Assembly (NCBI GenBank): GCA_031370005.1
Contig: JANMPT010000025.1
Location: 1-64,000 of the forward strand
Direction: 5' to 3'
Length of the DNA: 64,000 bases
Source of the DNA: Bdellovibrionales bacterium
Lineage (GTDB): Bacteria; Bdellovibrionota; Bdellovibrionia; Bdellovibrionales; Bdellovibrionaceae
Part shown: piece after piece, positions 20,555 through 30,705 of the stretch
Layout of the letters: every line of letters begins with the position of its first letter
Numbering within the stretch: position 1 is the stretch's first letter
Program-made: the position numbers and the translations under genes
Notes under the pieces: model-generated
The model's input: only the letters and a program-made list of their open reading frames with translations
The model's database searches: none
Told to the model about the DNA's origin: nothing

Positions 20555-22723
20555 ATGAATAGAGCTATTACGAACCGCATTTTTAATCGCAAGGGCCAAG
20601 TGGCCATTTTTATCGCCCTGATATTTCAGGTGTTGTTTTTATTCTTTGCCATGATCATTAATGTCGGACTTTTAGTTCACCATAAAATCAATCTGCAAAA
20701 CTCTGTGGATCTCGCTGCATACTATGGCGCCATGAAACAGGCAGAAATGATGAACGCTGTTGGCCATGTGAACTATCAAATTCGCCAAAGCTGGAAGTTG
20801 TTGTCTTGGCGTTATCGTCAAATTGGAACCGCTGGGGACTATGATACGCATCCATATAATAAAATTCAGCGCGAGATTAGGTCGGATGACATAGAAGGGC
20901 TGCCGAAATATTCCGCCGGCAGTACCGAGCAAGAGTACTATGATGCCCCGGCTTTTTGTATCACCTATGCTCCCTTTTCACCGATGCCCTCAGGGCGTGA
21001 GAGCACCTGTAAGCTACAAAGCAAGCAAAGAACCATTAATCTTTTTAGCCCTCCACCGGCAATTGCCACCTTCTTTAATATCAATACTGCAATTCGTAAT
21101 GCCGCTCAGAGGGCCTTGAACGAGGCCATTGGTCGCTGCCGTTACGTTGGTCAGTTTAATTATGTTATTTTGGCGGAGTTCATGGCGGCCTACAATATTG
21201 ACCAGGGCGAGCGGAAGCAGCTAATTAATTTTCTTTCCCGCGGTCTTAGCGAAAAAGAAACTGATTTTCGTGAAATCAATGGAGAGTTTGCTAGCAAGGG
21301 GATTGTTGCAACTCTCAAAAATAATCTGACTAAGGCTAACCGGGATTCTGTGACGTATAAAGTTTTTAATAGCCTCGGAACCTCTGACTGCAATGCTGTT
21401 GGGCAAGTAAAAACAGATCCAGCCAAGTGGCTTTCAGAAGTTAAAATCAAGCCGGCTTTTATTTATATGGATTTTGATTGCGACAGCAATCCCGCATCCC
21501 CAAAGGTTTCGCCTCATCCCAAAGAGCTTACATCGCAAAATCTTCCTAGATACACGGATGAACTAACAAAAGACGTAAACTATCTTAAGCAATTTGCGAA
21601 TCCATTGGAGCCACCCTATAATAGCTCTGTGGGCTTTGAAAAAAACCCTTGGTGCATGGCCTATGTGGGGGTCAGCGCAGAGTCTACGCCAAATATTCCT
21701 TTTGCACCTTTGGGTGGGGTGACTTTAAAGGCGCGGTCATTTGCAAAACCATTCGGCGGAAAAATCGGCCCATGGTATTATTCTCAGTGGTCGAGAGGCT
21801 CTAAGCAGTCTTCCGGTGGTCAACGAACAGATAAGCTCTTGCCTTGGCGTGAGGGCGATAAGTCCCAAATCGCAGACCCCAGGGATCCCACTAGGGCTGC
21901 AAATTACAGTCGTTTTGTCGGTGATACAGCAGGAATGAAGTCTCGGGCAGTTCAAGGTCAGTTTGGCCGAGCGATTTTTAACTTAAGTACTGACTGGAGC
22001 GGGAAATCCCCGAGCCCCAGTGATCTGGATCCAAGTACTCCACCAAATTGGAAACCGTCAGCGGAGCCCAATTTTTACCATTGGAGCCACTTAGGGCAGA
22101 GTTTCAAGGTAGAGAAAAGTGGTGATATTCTTGCCTGGGATAACAATCAGAATAGTCCTCCACGCATGCGAAGCCTTGAGCTTGCAGCGATTTTGCCAGA
22201 TCAATTTGATCTGACATATTACTCTATCGAACCGGACTACTATCATAACTATTATCAGAAAATTGCTAATGAGTATGTTAAAGCTGTTCCCGGCTTTGAC
22301 TATGTGGTGCGCCCGGATCTCGGTGCCCGTCTTGGCAATAAAGATCTTGAAGAGTTCAGTGTGCGTGAGCAATACAATGCATACAATTGGGTTAAAACCG
22401 ACAATCCACAAATTAATGAACCCAAGGTGGATTTTGAAACCAAAATTCTTTATACAGCCAAAGATGTTTTTCAAGTGCTGACTTCTTGGATTGGAAAAGA
22501 TCTAACAGACTATTCTCTTGATGCTGATAAGTTTGGAAAATGCAAAACGATTCTAGATAAATCTAGGAATGTGCCAACCAGCGGAGACTGCAATAACGGT
22601 GGTCGCACGGGTTATTCAGTAAAAATGGTTTCATTGGATTACCTAAATGCAAACGATTTAGAGGTAGGCGGCGAAAGCGCAGGCCAGGGCCCCCTGCTTA
22701 ATCCTCCCCCAACAGACTTCTAA
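20555..22723 (+). CDS. TadG-like pilus assembly protein (N-terminal Tad domain)
   Basis: RKG|QVAIF prepilin-like site; INVG...KINLQNSVDLAAY.GA. Confidence 0.8.
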   Translation: MNRAITNRIFNRKGQVAIFIALIFQVLFLFFAMIINVGLLVHHKINLQNSVDLAAYYGAMKQAEMMNAVGHVNYQIRQSWKLLSWRYRQIGTAGDYDTHPYNKIQREIRSDDIEGLPKYSAGSTEQEYYDAPAFCITYAPFSPMPSGRESTCKLQSKQRTINLFSPPPAIATFFNINTAIRNAAQRALNEAIGRCRYVGQFNYVILAEFMAAYNIDQGERKQLINFLSRGLSEKETDFREINGEFASKGIVATLKNNLTKANRDSVTYKVFNSLGTSDCNAVGQVKTDPAKWLSEVKIKPAFIYMDFDCDSNPASPKVSPHPKELTSQNLPRYTDELTKDVNYLKQFANPLEPPYNSSVGFEKNPWCMAYVGVSAESTPNIPFAPLGGVTLKARSFAKPFGGKIGPWYYSQWSRGSKQSSGGQRTDKLLPWREGDKSQIADPRDPTRAANYSRFVGDTAGMKSRAVQGQFGRAIFNLSTDWSGKSPSPSDLDPSTPPNWKPSAEPNFYHWSHLGQSFKVEKSGDILAWDNNQNSPPRMRSLELAAILPDQFDLTYYSIEPDYYHNYYQKIANEYVKAVPGFDYVVRPDLGARLGNKDLEEFSVREQYNAYNWVKTDNPQINEPKVDFETKILYTAKDVFQVLTSWIGKDLTDYSLDADKFGKCKTILDKSRNVPTSGDCNNGGRTGYSVKMVSLDYLNANDLEVGGESAGQGPLLNPPPTDF

Positions 22724-22771
22724 GACTTTTGCCTTGCAAAAATGCGCGCCGCGCTGTAGACTGCTTTTCCT

Positions 22772-23140
22772 ATGATCAAAATTTCAATTATTTTTACGAG
22801 TTTTATTTTATTACTAACGCTACAGGCTTCTGCAAAGCCCTTACCCTTGCCGAAAATATTAGAAAAAGAAGTGATTTCCTTGATCGAAGACATGGGCCCA
22901 GACAGTTGGGAAGAGGGCGATACGGATGCGAAAATTGATGGGGTACTTTATGATCAGGATAAGCAGACAGTGTATATCGCCTACAGGAGCAGGAAACTAG
23001 GCTCGCGTGATGCCTATGTAAAACAAAAGTCGATCAGTATTGAGGGGATTCGCTGGATTGACGAAATCATCGACGAGGCCTCGAACGGTTATCGTTCTTT
23101 AAATGAAAAGATTGTGAACGAAATCCTCGATACGCTTTAA
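22772..23140 (+). CDS. Secreted hypothetical protein
   Basis: Signal peptide ASA; 122 aa. Confidence 0.55.
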   Translation: MIKISIIFTSFILLLTLQASAKPLPLPKILEKEVISLIEDMGPDSWEEGDTDAKIDGVLYDQDKQTVYIAYRSRKLGSRDAYVKQKSISIEGIRWIDEIIDEASNGYRSLNEKIVNEILDTL

Positions 23141-23157
23141 AAGCTGAGGACGCCTGG

Positions 23158-23172
23158 ATCTCATTTTGAGAC
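23158..23172. promoter_or_regulatory. Palindrome ATCTCA-ttt-TGAGAC upstream of flp
   Basis: Near-perfect GTCTCA-N3-TGAGAC; variants at 13589 and 33433. Confidence 0.4.
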
Positions 23173-23231
23173 GCTCTCAGCAGACCCATCTCTGAGCAGC
23201 GGGTGCTTCCTCAAAAAAATCAAGACCCTCT

Positions 23232-23258
23232 TTAGAAAGTCCCAAAATTAGCCGATAC
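23232..23258 (+). promoter_or_regulatory. Sigma-28 (FliA)-like promoter for flp pilin
   Basis: TTAG-N15-GCCGATAC, 19 nt upstream of the ATG. Confidence 0.65.
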
Positions 23259-23277
23259 TCGTACTAAGGGGGACACT

Positions 23278-23466
23278 ATGAAGTTGTTCAAATCATTCTC
23301 TAAAAAACTATTGAAGGACCAATCTGGCCAGGGCGCAACCGAGTATATTTTGCTCTTGGTGGTGGTCGTTGCCTTAGTTATGATGTTCAAAACTCAAATT
23401 AAGAGCGCTCTTGATGGCAAGCTTGGCGAGCTTAATAGCAGTATTTCTGGCTTTAAGGGTGAATAA
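23278..23466 (+). CDS. flp: Flp family type IVb pilin
   Basis: DQSG|QGATEYILLL Flp motif. Confidence 0.9.
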   Translation: MKLFKSFSKKLLKDQSGQGATEYILLLVVVVALVMMFKTQIKSALDGKLGELNSSISGFKGE

Positions 23467-23484
23467 ACTTTAAAGAGGTTTCCT

Positions 23485-23676
23485 ATGACTGTTGAATATA
23501 TTCTTCTGCTTTTTGCGGTGTTTTTTATTGGACTGAAGTTTTTTACGAAGGCTCCTATGGATGCTTTCAAAAAATCAGGTCCAGTGCTTGCGATGCGTGT
23601 TGAAAAGCAGCTGATTACCGGTGACGGGTTTGAACCCAATGGCGAAAGAAATGTCTGGGATGCAGAAAAGCCCTAA
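23485..23676 (+). CDS. Flp-like minor pilin (no leader peptide)
   Basis: MTVEYILLL hydrophobic helix; GAGG RBS. Confidence 0.7.
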   Translation: MTVEYILLLFAVFFIGLKFFTKAPMDAFKKSGPVLAMRVEKQLITGDGFEPNGERNVWDAEKP

Positions 23677-23714
23677 GCAAAACCCAAGCCTAATAAGTAC
23701 ATGGAGGTCTGAGT

Positions 23715-23981
23715 ATGAAAAACAAATCTCAAAAAAGCCTCCTTAAAAATCAGCGCGGTCAATTTGTCATCGAAGCAGTCTTGTTAATGGTTGTCTCCAT
23801 TGGTTTTTTGTATGCCGGACTTCGTTTATTGAAGAGCGGCAATGTTATGGGAAACTTGGTAGCAAGCCCATGGAAGAAAGTTGCGGGAATGATAGAAAGT
23901 GGTAATTGGAATGTTGCGGATGAAGCCGCGAAGAAACATCCCAATCAAATAGATCGCAGCTTGAGTGTGGATCCAAGATAA
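23715..23981 (+). CDS. TadE-like minor pilin
   Basis: NQRG|QFVIEAVLL. Confidence 0.78.
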   Translation: MKNKSQKSLLKNQRGQFVIEAVLLMVVSIGFLYAGLRLLKSGNVMGNLVASPWKKVAGMIESGNWNVADEAAKKHPNQIDRSLSVDPR

Positions 23982-23998
23982 GTCAGGGCAGGGGTGAT

Positions 23999-24646
23999 AT
24001 GAATGTTCTAAAAAGAAATCCATTAGTTATCCTTGATAGCTCGAAAGGCTTTCTTTCGGCGGATTTCCTTTTTTCTATAATCATTGCTGCAGGCCTTTGT
24101 GTTGTTTTTTTCTCTTTGACCTTTACGCTCTCAATGGTCGAAGTCGGACAGTATATCGCTTACTCTGTAAGTCGAGCTCATGCAGCTGCGGATAAGACTC
24201 AGGACGATCAAGAGAGTGCTGCAAAGGCCAAGTTTGCCTCCTTACAGAAAAATAAAGTCCTAAGACCGCTGTTTAGTAATGGCTGGTTTGAAATTGGTAA
24301 TCTCGAAATTCGCGGTGCCGGAGTTAAAGGCAAAGACTTTTCAGATCGCTATCCAAGGCAAGCCAGTAACACAATAGGCGTTCCACAAGTGGGGATTCGC
24401 CTCAGCTTTGAAGCAAAAATTTTAAATATAAAAATTCCCATGCTTGGGCCCACCGATCCTGAGGGCAAAGGTTTCAAAGCTTTTTTAACAGGATTGATGA
24501 TTCGAGAGCCCACGGCCAAAGAGTGCCGCGATCAAATTAAAAATGAGCGCTATAAAGCTATTCTGAACCTTGACAAGCGATTTGAAAAAATTGCTGGCGC
24601 CGCCTCGGAACAAAACTATGTTCCTATGGAGGACAACGGATGTTAG
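23999..24646 (+). CDS. TadE-like pseudopilin
   Basis: SKG|FLSADFLF plus TM, QY.AY..SRA. Confidence 0.7.
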   Translation: MNVLKRNPLVILDSSKGFLSADFLFSIIIAAGLCVVFFSLTFTLSMVEVGQYIAYSVSRAHAAADKTQDDQESAAKAKFASLQKNKVLRPLFSNGWFEIGNLEIRGAGVKGKDFSDRYPRQASNTIGVPQVGIRLSFEAKILNIKIPMLGPTDPEGKGFKAFLTGLMIREPTAKECRDQIKNERYKAILNLDKRFEKIAGAASEQNYVPMEDNGC

Positions 24647-25128
24647 TCGTGCAGTATTCCGTGCAAAATGAAAAAGGAATGGCCGTGATGGAGCTAATTC
24701 CAATCATGATTATTATTGTGATTCTTTTTAATTATTCTTTGGGATTCTTTGGTGCAATTCATACCGGTATCTTGAATTCAATGGCAGCAAGAAATTATGC
24801 TTTTGAAACCTTCAGACATCGCGCCAACCTTGTCTATCTTCGTGATGGCGTTTCGGAGGATATTGTTGATTTTTCGAAACAGAATATGCGCATACACGCA
24901 ACGGTGAGTGATAATAACAAAAACGATAAAACACACTTTATCGCCACGGGCCGTCCAATTGATTTCTTGGCCAAGCTGGAAATTACGGGATCAAAGGATC
25001 TTCATAACAAACAAATTTATTCAATAGTAGATGGCAAACGATTTACAGACAACAGTGGCGGCGTCACTCCAATATGGGTGCGCCCACAATATGGAATATG
25101 CTTGAATTCAAAGTGCGGGCCGAAGTAA
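24640..25128 (+). CDS. TadE-like pseudopilin
   Basis: NEKG|MAVMELIP...AARNYAF. Confidence 0.75.
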   Translation: MLVVQYSVQNEKGMAVMELIPIMIIIVILFNYSLGFFGAIHTGILNSMAARNYAFETFRHRANLVYLRDGVSEDIVDFSKQNMRIHATVSDNNKNDKTHFIATGRPIDFLAKLEITGSKDLHNKQIYSIVDGKRFTDNSGGVTPIWVRPQYGICLNSKCGPK

Positions 25129-25140
25129 GGGGATGAACGT

Positions 25141-26037
25141 ATGGGATCAAATGAAACAAGAAATCTATGGCTATCAATTGCCGCCGGAGTCTTTGCGGCC
25201 TTCTTGCTTTATAGTTGGTCTCAAGAAAAGCGTACTGAGTACAATAAAAAATATGGCTCATTAAAAACCGTGGTGGTCGCCAAAGAAGACATCGCAGAAA
25301 TGCGCACGGTCTATGATACGATGCTGACAACCATTGAGCGCCCAAGCGAGTTTGTTGATCCGGATGCTGTCTCAAATCCAGACGAAGTGGTTGGTAATGT
25401 AGCGGCAATACCAATCAAAAAGGGTCAGGTTATTGTTAAAAACAGTCTACTAACTCCAGGACCTGATACAGGTATTTCACTGCAAATCGCCCCAAGTAAA
25501 CGTGCCATTACCATTCCAGTTGACGAGGTTCGTGGTGTAGCCAAATTGATACGGCCTGGAGACCGTGTCGATATTTTAGCCGCTGTGGACACCGGGAAAG
25601 GCATGAATCAAAAGAGAGAAGTTCAGACGCTTTTACAAGATGTCGTAGTTTTAGCCGCTGGTGTTAATATTATGAACAATATCCCTCGTGTATTCGAGTT
25701 GGATTCGGGTGGTAAATCTTTGAGTCAAATTGCACTTACAGGTGACACAAAATATAGTACAATAACAATAGAGGCGACTCAGAAAGAGGCTCAAGATTTG
25801 GTTTATATACTTTCAACGGCACCGGGCAATATTTATTTAACGTTGAGAAATCCAAATGATCGTACGATTCCACCGCGACTTCCGACTTCAAGCGCGGACA
25901 GTGTTTTAGGGAAACCGATGATTTCAATGGATTCAATGCCCAGGGCGCCCATCGCGCCGCCGGTGATGTTGCCGCCAAGATCTGCGCCAAGAACTGCACC
26001 TGTTGCTCCGAAGAGACATGGATTTAGGACGCTGTAA
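25141..26037 (+). CDS. cpaB: Flp pilus assembly protein CpaB/RcpC
   Basis: SAF domain VVVAKEDI; KRAITIPVD..GVA.LIRPGDRVD; LLQDVVVLA. Confidence 0.92.
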   Translation: MGSNETRNLWLSIAAGVFAAFLLYSWSQEKRTEYNKKYGSLKTVVVAKEDIAEMRTVYDTMLTTIERPSEFVDPDAVSNPDEVVGNVAAIPIKKGQVIVKNSLLTPGPDTGISLQIAPSKRAITIPVDEVRGVAKLIRPGDRVDILAAVDTGKGMNQKREVQTLLQDVVVLAAGVNIMNNIPRVFELDSGGKSLSQIALTGDTKYSTITIEATQKEAQDLVYILSTAPGNIYLTLRNPNDRTIPPRLPTSSADSVLGKPMISMDSMPRAPIAPPVMLPPRSAPRTAPVAPKRHGFRTL

Positions 26038-26051
26038 GTAGAGGGGGATGT

Positions 26052-27551
26052 ATGAAGCTCAAATACTTGTTAGGTTTATTCCTCACAATTTCAGGTCACT
26101 TTGCCTTTGCCGAAGATGAGGGCCAAGGGGATGATACTAAGTTCCGCGCAAGAACATTTGTAAATCTCACTTTAGGTATCGAGCAAGATCAGAAGCTTCC
26201 ACCTTTGCCAGAAAATATTGAGTTCAAAGGGGACTTCCGTCGTATTGTAACGGCGGCACACTCTAAAGAACTGAATGTTCTGCGTCTGACCCCTAAAGCC
26301 GAGGGCTTTGCGACAATGACCATTCATGACAAGAAAACCGGCAAAGTGGTTGCCGAGTTTCAAATCGACGTTAAGAAAAGTAAACTCGACAAAGTGGTAA
26401 AAGAGATTCGTGCTCTTCTTGGTGATATTGAGGGCATTACAATTAAAGTTGTGAACAACAAAGTTGTCGTTGACGGCCAAATTCTTTTGCCACGGGATCT
26501 TAGCCGTATTTACAACGTTATCCAGCAGTTTGGCGACCAAGCTTCGTCTTTGGTGACCTTGAGTCCACTGGCTCAAAAGAAAATTGCCGAGTTTATTTCT
26601 CGTGACATCAATAATCCAGAAATCGAAGTGCGTGCAGTGAATGATAAATTTATCCTGCAAGGTTATGCAAATAACGAAGAGGAATATAAGCGCGCAGAAA
26701 TTATTGCGAAGACGTATGTCCCAGATATTATTGTAGAAGCAGCAGAAGAAAAAGGCGTGATTAAAAAACGCCGACCAGCAAATGATGGAGTGATCAATCT
26801 GATCACGATAAAAGAACAAGCTCCAGCACCACCATCAAAAATGATTCAGCTTGTGGTCCACTATGTGGAGCTCAATAAAGACTACTCCAAGGCGTTTAAA
26901 TTCCAATTTACTCCGCAATTAGATGACAAAACTCAACTGCAGTTTCAAACGGGGTCTGGTGGCGCTGGTGGCGTGGTGAGCACACTAACTGGCGTGATTT
27001 CAAATCTTTTGCCAAAACTTACTTGGGCGAAAGAGCACGGCCATGCGCGTATTTTAGAAAGCACAAGTTTGATTATCCAGGACGGTAAAAAAGGTGAGAT
27101 TAAACAGCTGACCAATATGCCTTACTCTGTGATCGGTAAGGATGGCCAACCAGGAACTGCCTTTGCTGAAGTTGGTATTAAATCCGCAGTCACACCGGTA
27201 ATCTTGGGTGAAAAATCTGGTAGTGTTCATATGGATATGGATTTTGCTCTGAGCAATCTTTTAGGCTCGGGACAAAATGGGGCCCCGATTACAAGCTCAA
27301 ACTCGATTCAGTCAACCGTGGTTATTCGTGACCGCCAAAGTGCTGCCATCGGGGGCCTGATTCGCAACGCATCTTCGACTGGGTATAATCGTATGCCGAG
27401 TGATGTGAAGAATCCGATTATCAGTCTCTATGCCTCTAAGAACTTTCAGAGAAATCAAAGCCAGTTTGTGGTTTTCGTGACTCCGATTATCAAGACCTCG
27501 GCAAGTGCGGGGGCAGAGCAGATTAAGAAGAAATTTCGTCTACGTGACTAG
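26052..27551 (+). CDS. cpaC: Tad secretin (CpaC/RcpA) with BON domains
   Basis: Signal peptide, BON-like repeats, secretin C-domain (AIGGL...FVVFVTP). Confidence 0.88.
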   Translation: MKLKYLLGLFLTISGHFAFAEDEGQGDDTKFRARTFVNLTLGIEQDQKLPPLPENIEFKGDFRRIVTAAHSKELNVLRLTPKAEGFATMTIHDKKTGKVVAEFQIDVKKSKLDKVVKEIRALLGDIEGITIKVVNNKVVVDGQILLPRDLSRIYNVIQQFGDQASSLVTLSPLAQKKIAEFISRDINNPEIEVRAVNDKFILQGYANNEEEYKRAEIIAKTYVPDIIVEAAEEKGVIKKRRPANDGVINLITIKEQAPAPPSKMIQLVVHYVELNKDYSKAFKFQFTPQLDDKTQLQFQTGSGGAGGVVSTLTGVISNLLPKLTWAKEHGHARILESTSLIIQDGKKGEIKQLTNMPYSVIGKDGQPGTAFAEVGIKSAVTPVILGEKSGSVHMDMDFALSNLLGSGQNGAPITSSNSIQSTVVIRDRQSAAIGGLIRNASSTGYNRMPSDVKNPIISLYASKNFQRNQSQFVVFVTPIIKTSASAGAEQIKKKFRLRD

Positions 27552-27604
27552 ACTGGCCTTATTTTAATGCGTGTATTCTCCGATAAGTGTTACGGAGGAC
27601 TCTG

Positions 27605-29782
27605 TTGGCGTTAAATCCGAATTGTAATCTTATTGCAGTAGTTGGTGGTAAAGGCGGAGTGGGGAAAAGTGTTTTCGCCGCTAACTTCGCCTGTGCCCTT
27701 CTCACTGAGCTTCGGACTCAGGTTCTTTTGATTGATGGCGATAGCAAGAGCGTTGGGGATCAGAATGTGATCCTAGGGCTAAAGCCGAATAAAACTCTTA
27801 AAGAGCTTGCAACGATGACAAGTTCTTTAAATACACAAAATATGAATTCACTGTTGGCCATGCATTCAAGTGGGCTTGCTTACTTGGGAGCCGTTCGCGG
27901 ACCGGAAGAGACTCTGAATATTGGCCCTGACTTGGCCATGAAACAATTGGAATTTTTTAGTCGTCAGTTTAAGTTTATCGTTGTCGACATCGGAACCGAT
28001 CTTGGTCCTTTGCAAATGGCGGTGCTTCAAGAGTCCACGGCCATAATGATAGTGACAACTCCGGAAATTCTTGTTGTAACTCAGACCTTGCGTTTGATTA
28101 ACGAACTGCTTTCTAACACCTTTCCGAAGGATATGTTTCAACTTATTATTAATAAGGCCTCGCCAAATGGTTTGTCTCCACAGGCAATAGCGACGCAATT
28201 GCAATTAGCCCCGCTGGCGATTATTCCTCAAGATGAAGTCACAGCCATGGCGTCTATTCAGAAGTTCCAGCCCTTTGTACTTGGACAACCCAAAGCACCA
28301 ATCACCTCAGCATACTATGAGGTCGTTCGCAGAATTAGCGGTGGAGTGCTGCAAAAACTTAAATCGCTTTCACGCCCTAAGCCGGTGACGACTTCCTCGG
28401 CTGAGGTTAGCGGTGGCTATGACACACGAACACAATTAAAACTGCGTGTACACTCAGAGCTGATTCGCACGGTGGATCTTAAAAAACTCCTCTTAGATAC
28501 AAAGGGTGATGAGAATAAGGAAAGAGAAGTTCGCGAGAAAACACGACGCGAAATTACTTTGATTGCCGATCGCGAGGCCCCAGAATTGGCTCGTGATGAG
28601 CGCGCGCGTATCATTAAAGAGGTTTTGGAAGAAGCTTTGGGACTTGGCCCTTTAGAGGATCTTCTTGCCGATCCGAATGTTACAGAGATTATGGTGAATG
28701 GGCATAAAAAGATCTTTCTAGAAAAATTAGGAAAAGTCTCGATAAGTCCGGTGACCTTCACTTCAAATGATCATCTTCGTCGTATTATTGAAAGAATCGT
28801 GACCCCCTTAGGTCGTCAAATCAATGAGTCCTCGCCATATGTTGATGCTCGTTTAAAAGATGGCAGTCGCGTGAATGCGGTGATTGAGCCTCTTGCGATT
28901 GATGGACCGGCGTTGACAATTCGCAAGTTTAAAAAGGGCGGTATTTCTCCGGAGAAATACACTGAATACGGAAGTCTTACCAAGCCAATGATTGATTTCT
29001 TGCGAATCTGTGTTGAAAACGGACTCAATGTAGTAATCAGTGGCGGTACTGGCTCAGGTAAAACGTCTTTGTTGAATATGCTCTCATCTTTTATTCCCTC
29101 CAACGAACGCGTTATCACTGTTGAGGATGCGGCCGAGTTGCAATTGCAACAGGAACACGTTGTTCGCCTGGAGACCCGTCCTCCTTCAATGGAGGGCTCC
29201 AATGCGGTTACAATTCGTGATCTTATAAAAAATGCTCTGCGCATGCGGCCAGATCGTATTATTGTTGGCGAGTGTCGAGATGGCGCAGCTCTTGATATGC
29301 TTCAAGCGATGAATACAGGTCATGATGGCTCGATGACGACAACCCATGCAAACAGTCCCCGTGAGTGCCTTGCCCGTCTTGAGACCCTTTGCCTAATGTC
29401 GGGAATGGATCTTCCCGTTCGTGCCATTCGCGAGCAAATTGCAGGTGCTGTGAATTTGATTGTGCAAATTTCTCGTTTGTCTGACGGCAGCCGTAAAGTT
29501 CTTAGCATCACTGAAGTTGCGGGAATGCAAGGCGAGGTTGTAACCTTAGCAGAGATTTTCCGTTTTAAAGAAACTGGTTACGATAAAAATCGTCGTATCC
29601 AAGGTGCTTTCCAATCTACAGGCGTTGTTCCCAGCTTTATCCAAAAGCTTAGTGATAAAGGTGTGGGTATTCCCCGCGAGATGTTCTCAAATGATCAGAA
29701 ACCTGCAAACAAAGCGGAACAAAAAACCATTCAAGGCCCTAAACCAATGGGACCCTTGAATCCCATTAAAAAAATCAGCTAG
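27605..29782 (+). CDS. tadA: CpaE/TadZ (MinD-like)-CpaF/TadA ATPase fusion
   Basis: N-terminal GGKGGVGKS; C-terminal GLGPLE, SGGTGSGKT, LRMRPDRIIVGE, MNTGH; TTG start after GGAGG. Confidence 0.93.
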   Translation: MALNPNCNLIAVVGGKGGVGKSVFAANFACALLTELRTQVLLIDGDSKSVGDQNVILGLKPNKTLKELATMTSSLNTQNMNSLLAMHSSGLAYLGAVRGPEETLNIGPDLAMKQLEFFSRQFKFIVVDIGTDLGPLQMAVLQESTAIMIVTTPEILVVTQTLRLINELLSNTFPKDMFQLIINKASPNGLSPQAIATQLQLAPLAIIPQDEVTAMASIQKFQPFVLGQPKAPITSAYYEVVRRISGGVLQKLKSLSRPKPVTTSSAEVSGGYDTRTQLKLRVHSELIRTVDLKKLLLDTKGDENKEREVREKTRREITLIADREAPELARDERARIIKEVLEEALGLGPLEDLLADPNVTEIMVNGHKKIFLEKLGKVSISPVTFTSNDHLRRIIERIVTPLGRQINESSPYVDARLKDGSRVNAVIEPLAIDGPALTIRKFKKGGISPEKYTEYGSLTKPMIDFLRICVENGLNVVISGGTGSGKTSLLNMLSSFIPSNERVITVEDAAELQLQQEHVVRLETRPPSMEGSNAVTIRDLIKNALRMRPDRIIVGECRDGAALDMLQAMNTGHDGSMTTTHANSPRECLARLETLCLMSGMDLPVRAIREQIAGAVNLIVQISRLSDGSRKVLSITEVAGMQGEVVTLAEIFRFKETGYDKNRRIQGAFQSTGVVPSFIQKLSDKGVGIPREMFSNDQKPANKAEQKTIQGPKPMGPLNPIKKIS

Positions 29783-29796
29783 GAAGGAGTCACACA

Positions 29797-30675
29797 ATGC
29801 CATCGTTTTTAATGAATGAGTGGTTTTTAATACCGGCAATCTCAATCTGTGTGTTCCTGATTGTTTTTGCATTTGCTGACAGGGCCCTGAATTTTCTATA
29901 TAAGCGAAGTCTTGGTCAGCGCGAAGAAGTGATGAAACTGCTGAAGCTGATGTCTGTTGAGGTCGACCAACGTCAAGTCACCTGGGCAATTCTTTTATTA
30001 AGTTTTGGGATGGGGGCCTTATTCTTTGTTCTGTTTTGGCCAAGCATACTTCTTGGCCTTTTATTTGGTGCTGTCGTGACAATTGCGGGTTGGTCTTTAC
30101 CACTTCTTGTTGTCAAGTTTCTCTATGAGCGCCGCTGTACACACTTTGTTGATCAGATGGTGGATGGACTTACGATCATGGCCAATGGTATTAAGAGTGG
30201 ATCTAACTCCATGCAAGCTATGGAACGGGTGATCGAGATTATGGGAAGCCCCATCAGCCAAGAGTTCAGGCAAGTTGTTACCCAACATCAATTTGGTCAA
30301 AGTTTTGAAGAGGCACTTCTAGATTTAGGTGAGCGCATTCCTCGGCCGGATGTTCAGATGTTTGTAACAGCTATCAATATACTAAAAGAAACAGGCGGCA
30401 ACTTAGCGGAAACATTTGAAACTATTGTAACAACAATTCGCGAGCGCCAGAAGGTAGAGAAAAAAATTCAAGCCCTCACGGCCCAAGGTCTAATGCAGGG
30501 ATTAATTGTAACGATGATTCCTTTCATCTTAGCGGTGGTATTTTTAATCATTGATCCGAATTACATAAAGCCAATGTTTAGCACAACCCTAGGTCTAGTC
30601 CTTATCTTTGCGATGCTAGGCCTGCAAATTATCGGTGGCATCCTAATCAAAAAGATTGTTACAATAAAAGTATAA
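29797..30675 (+). CDS. tadB: TadB (T2SS F family) platform protein
   Basis: TM segments; ETGGNLAE...IRER. Confidence 0.92.
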   Translation: MPSFLMNEWFLIPAISICVFLIVFAFADRALNFLYKRSLGQREEVMKLLKLMSVEVDQRQVTWAILLLSFGMGALFFVLFWPSILLGLLFGAVVTIAGWSLPLLVVKFLYERRCTHFVDQMVDGLTIMANGIKSGSNSMQAMERVIEIMGSPISQEFRQVVTQHQFGQSFEEALLDLGERIPRPDVQMFVTAINILKETGGNLAETFETIVTTIRERQKVEKKIQALTAQGLMQGLIVTMIPFILAVVFLIIDPNYIKPMFSTTLGLVLIFAMLGLQIIGGILIKKIVTIKV

Positions 30676-30705
30676 TTTCTATTGTTCTTCAAGGATGAGG
30701 TTCAA

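Noticed and set aside
26172..26819. 215-aa antisense ORF in the secretin gene (and many shorter shadow ORFs, e.g. in groEL and tadA)
   Set aside because: Antisense to well-supported genes; explained by codon bias
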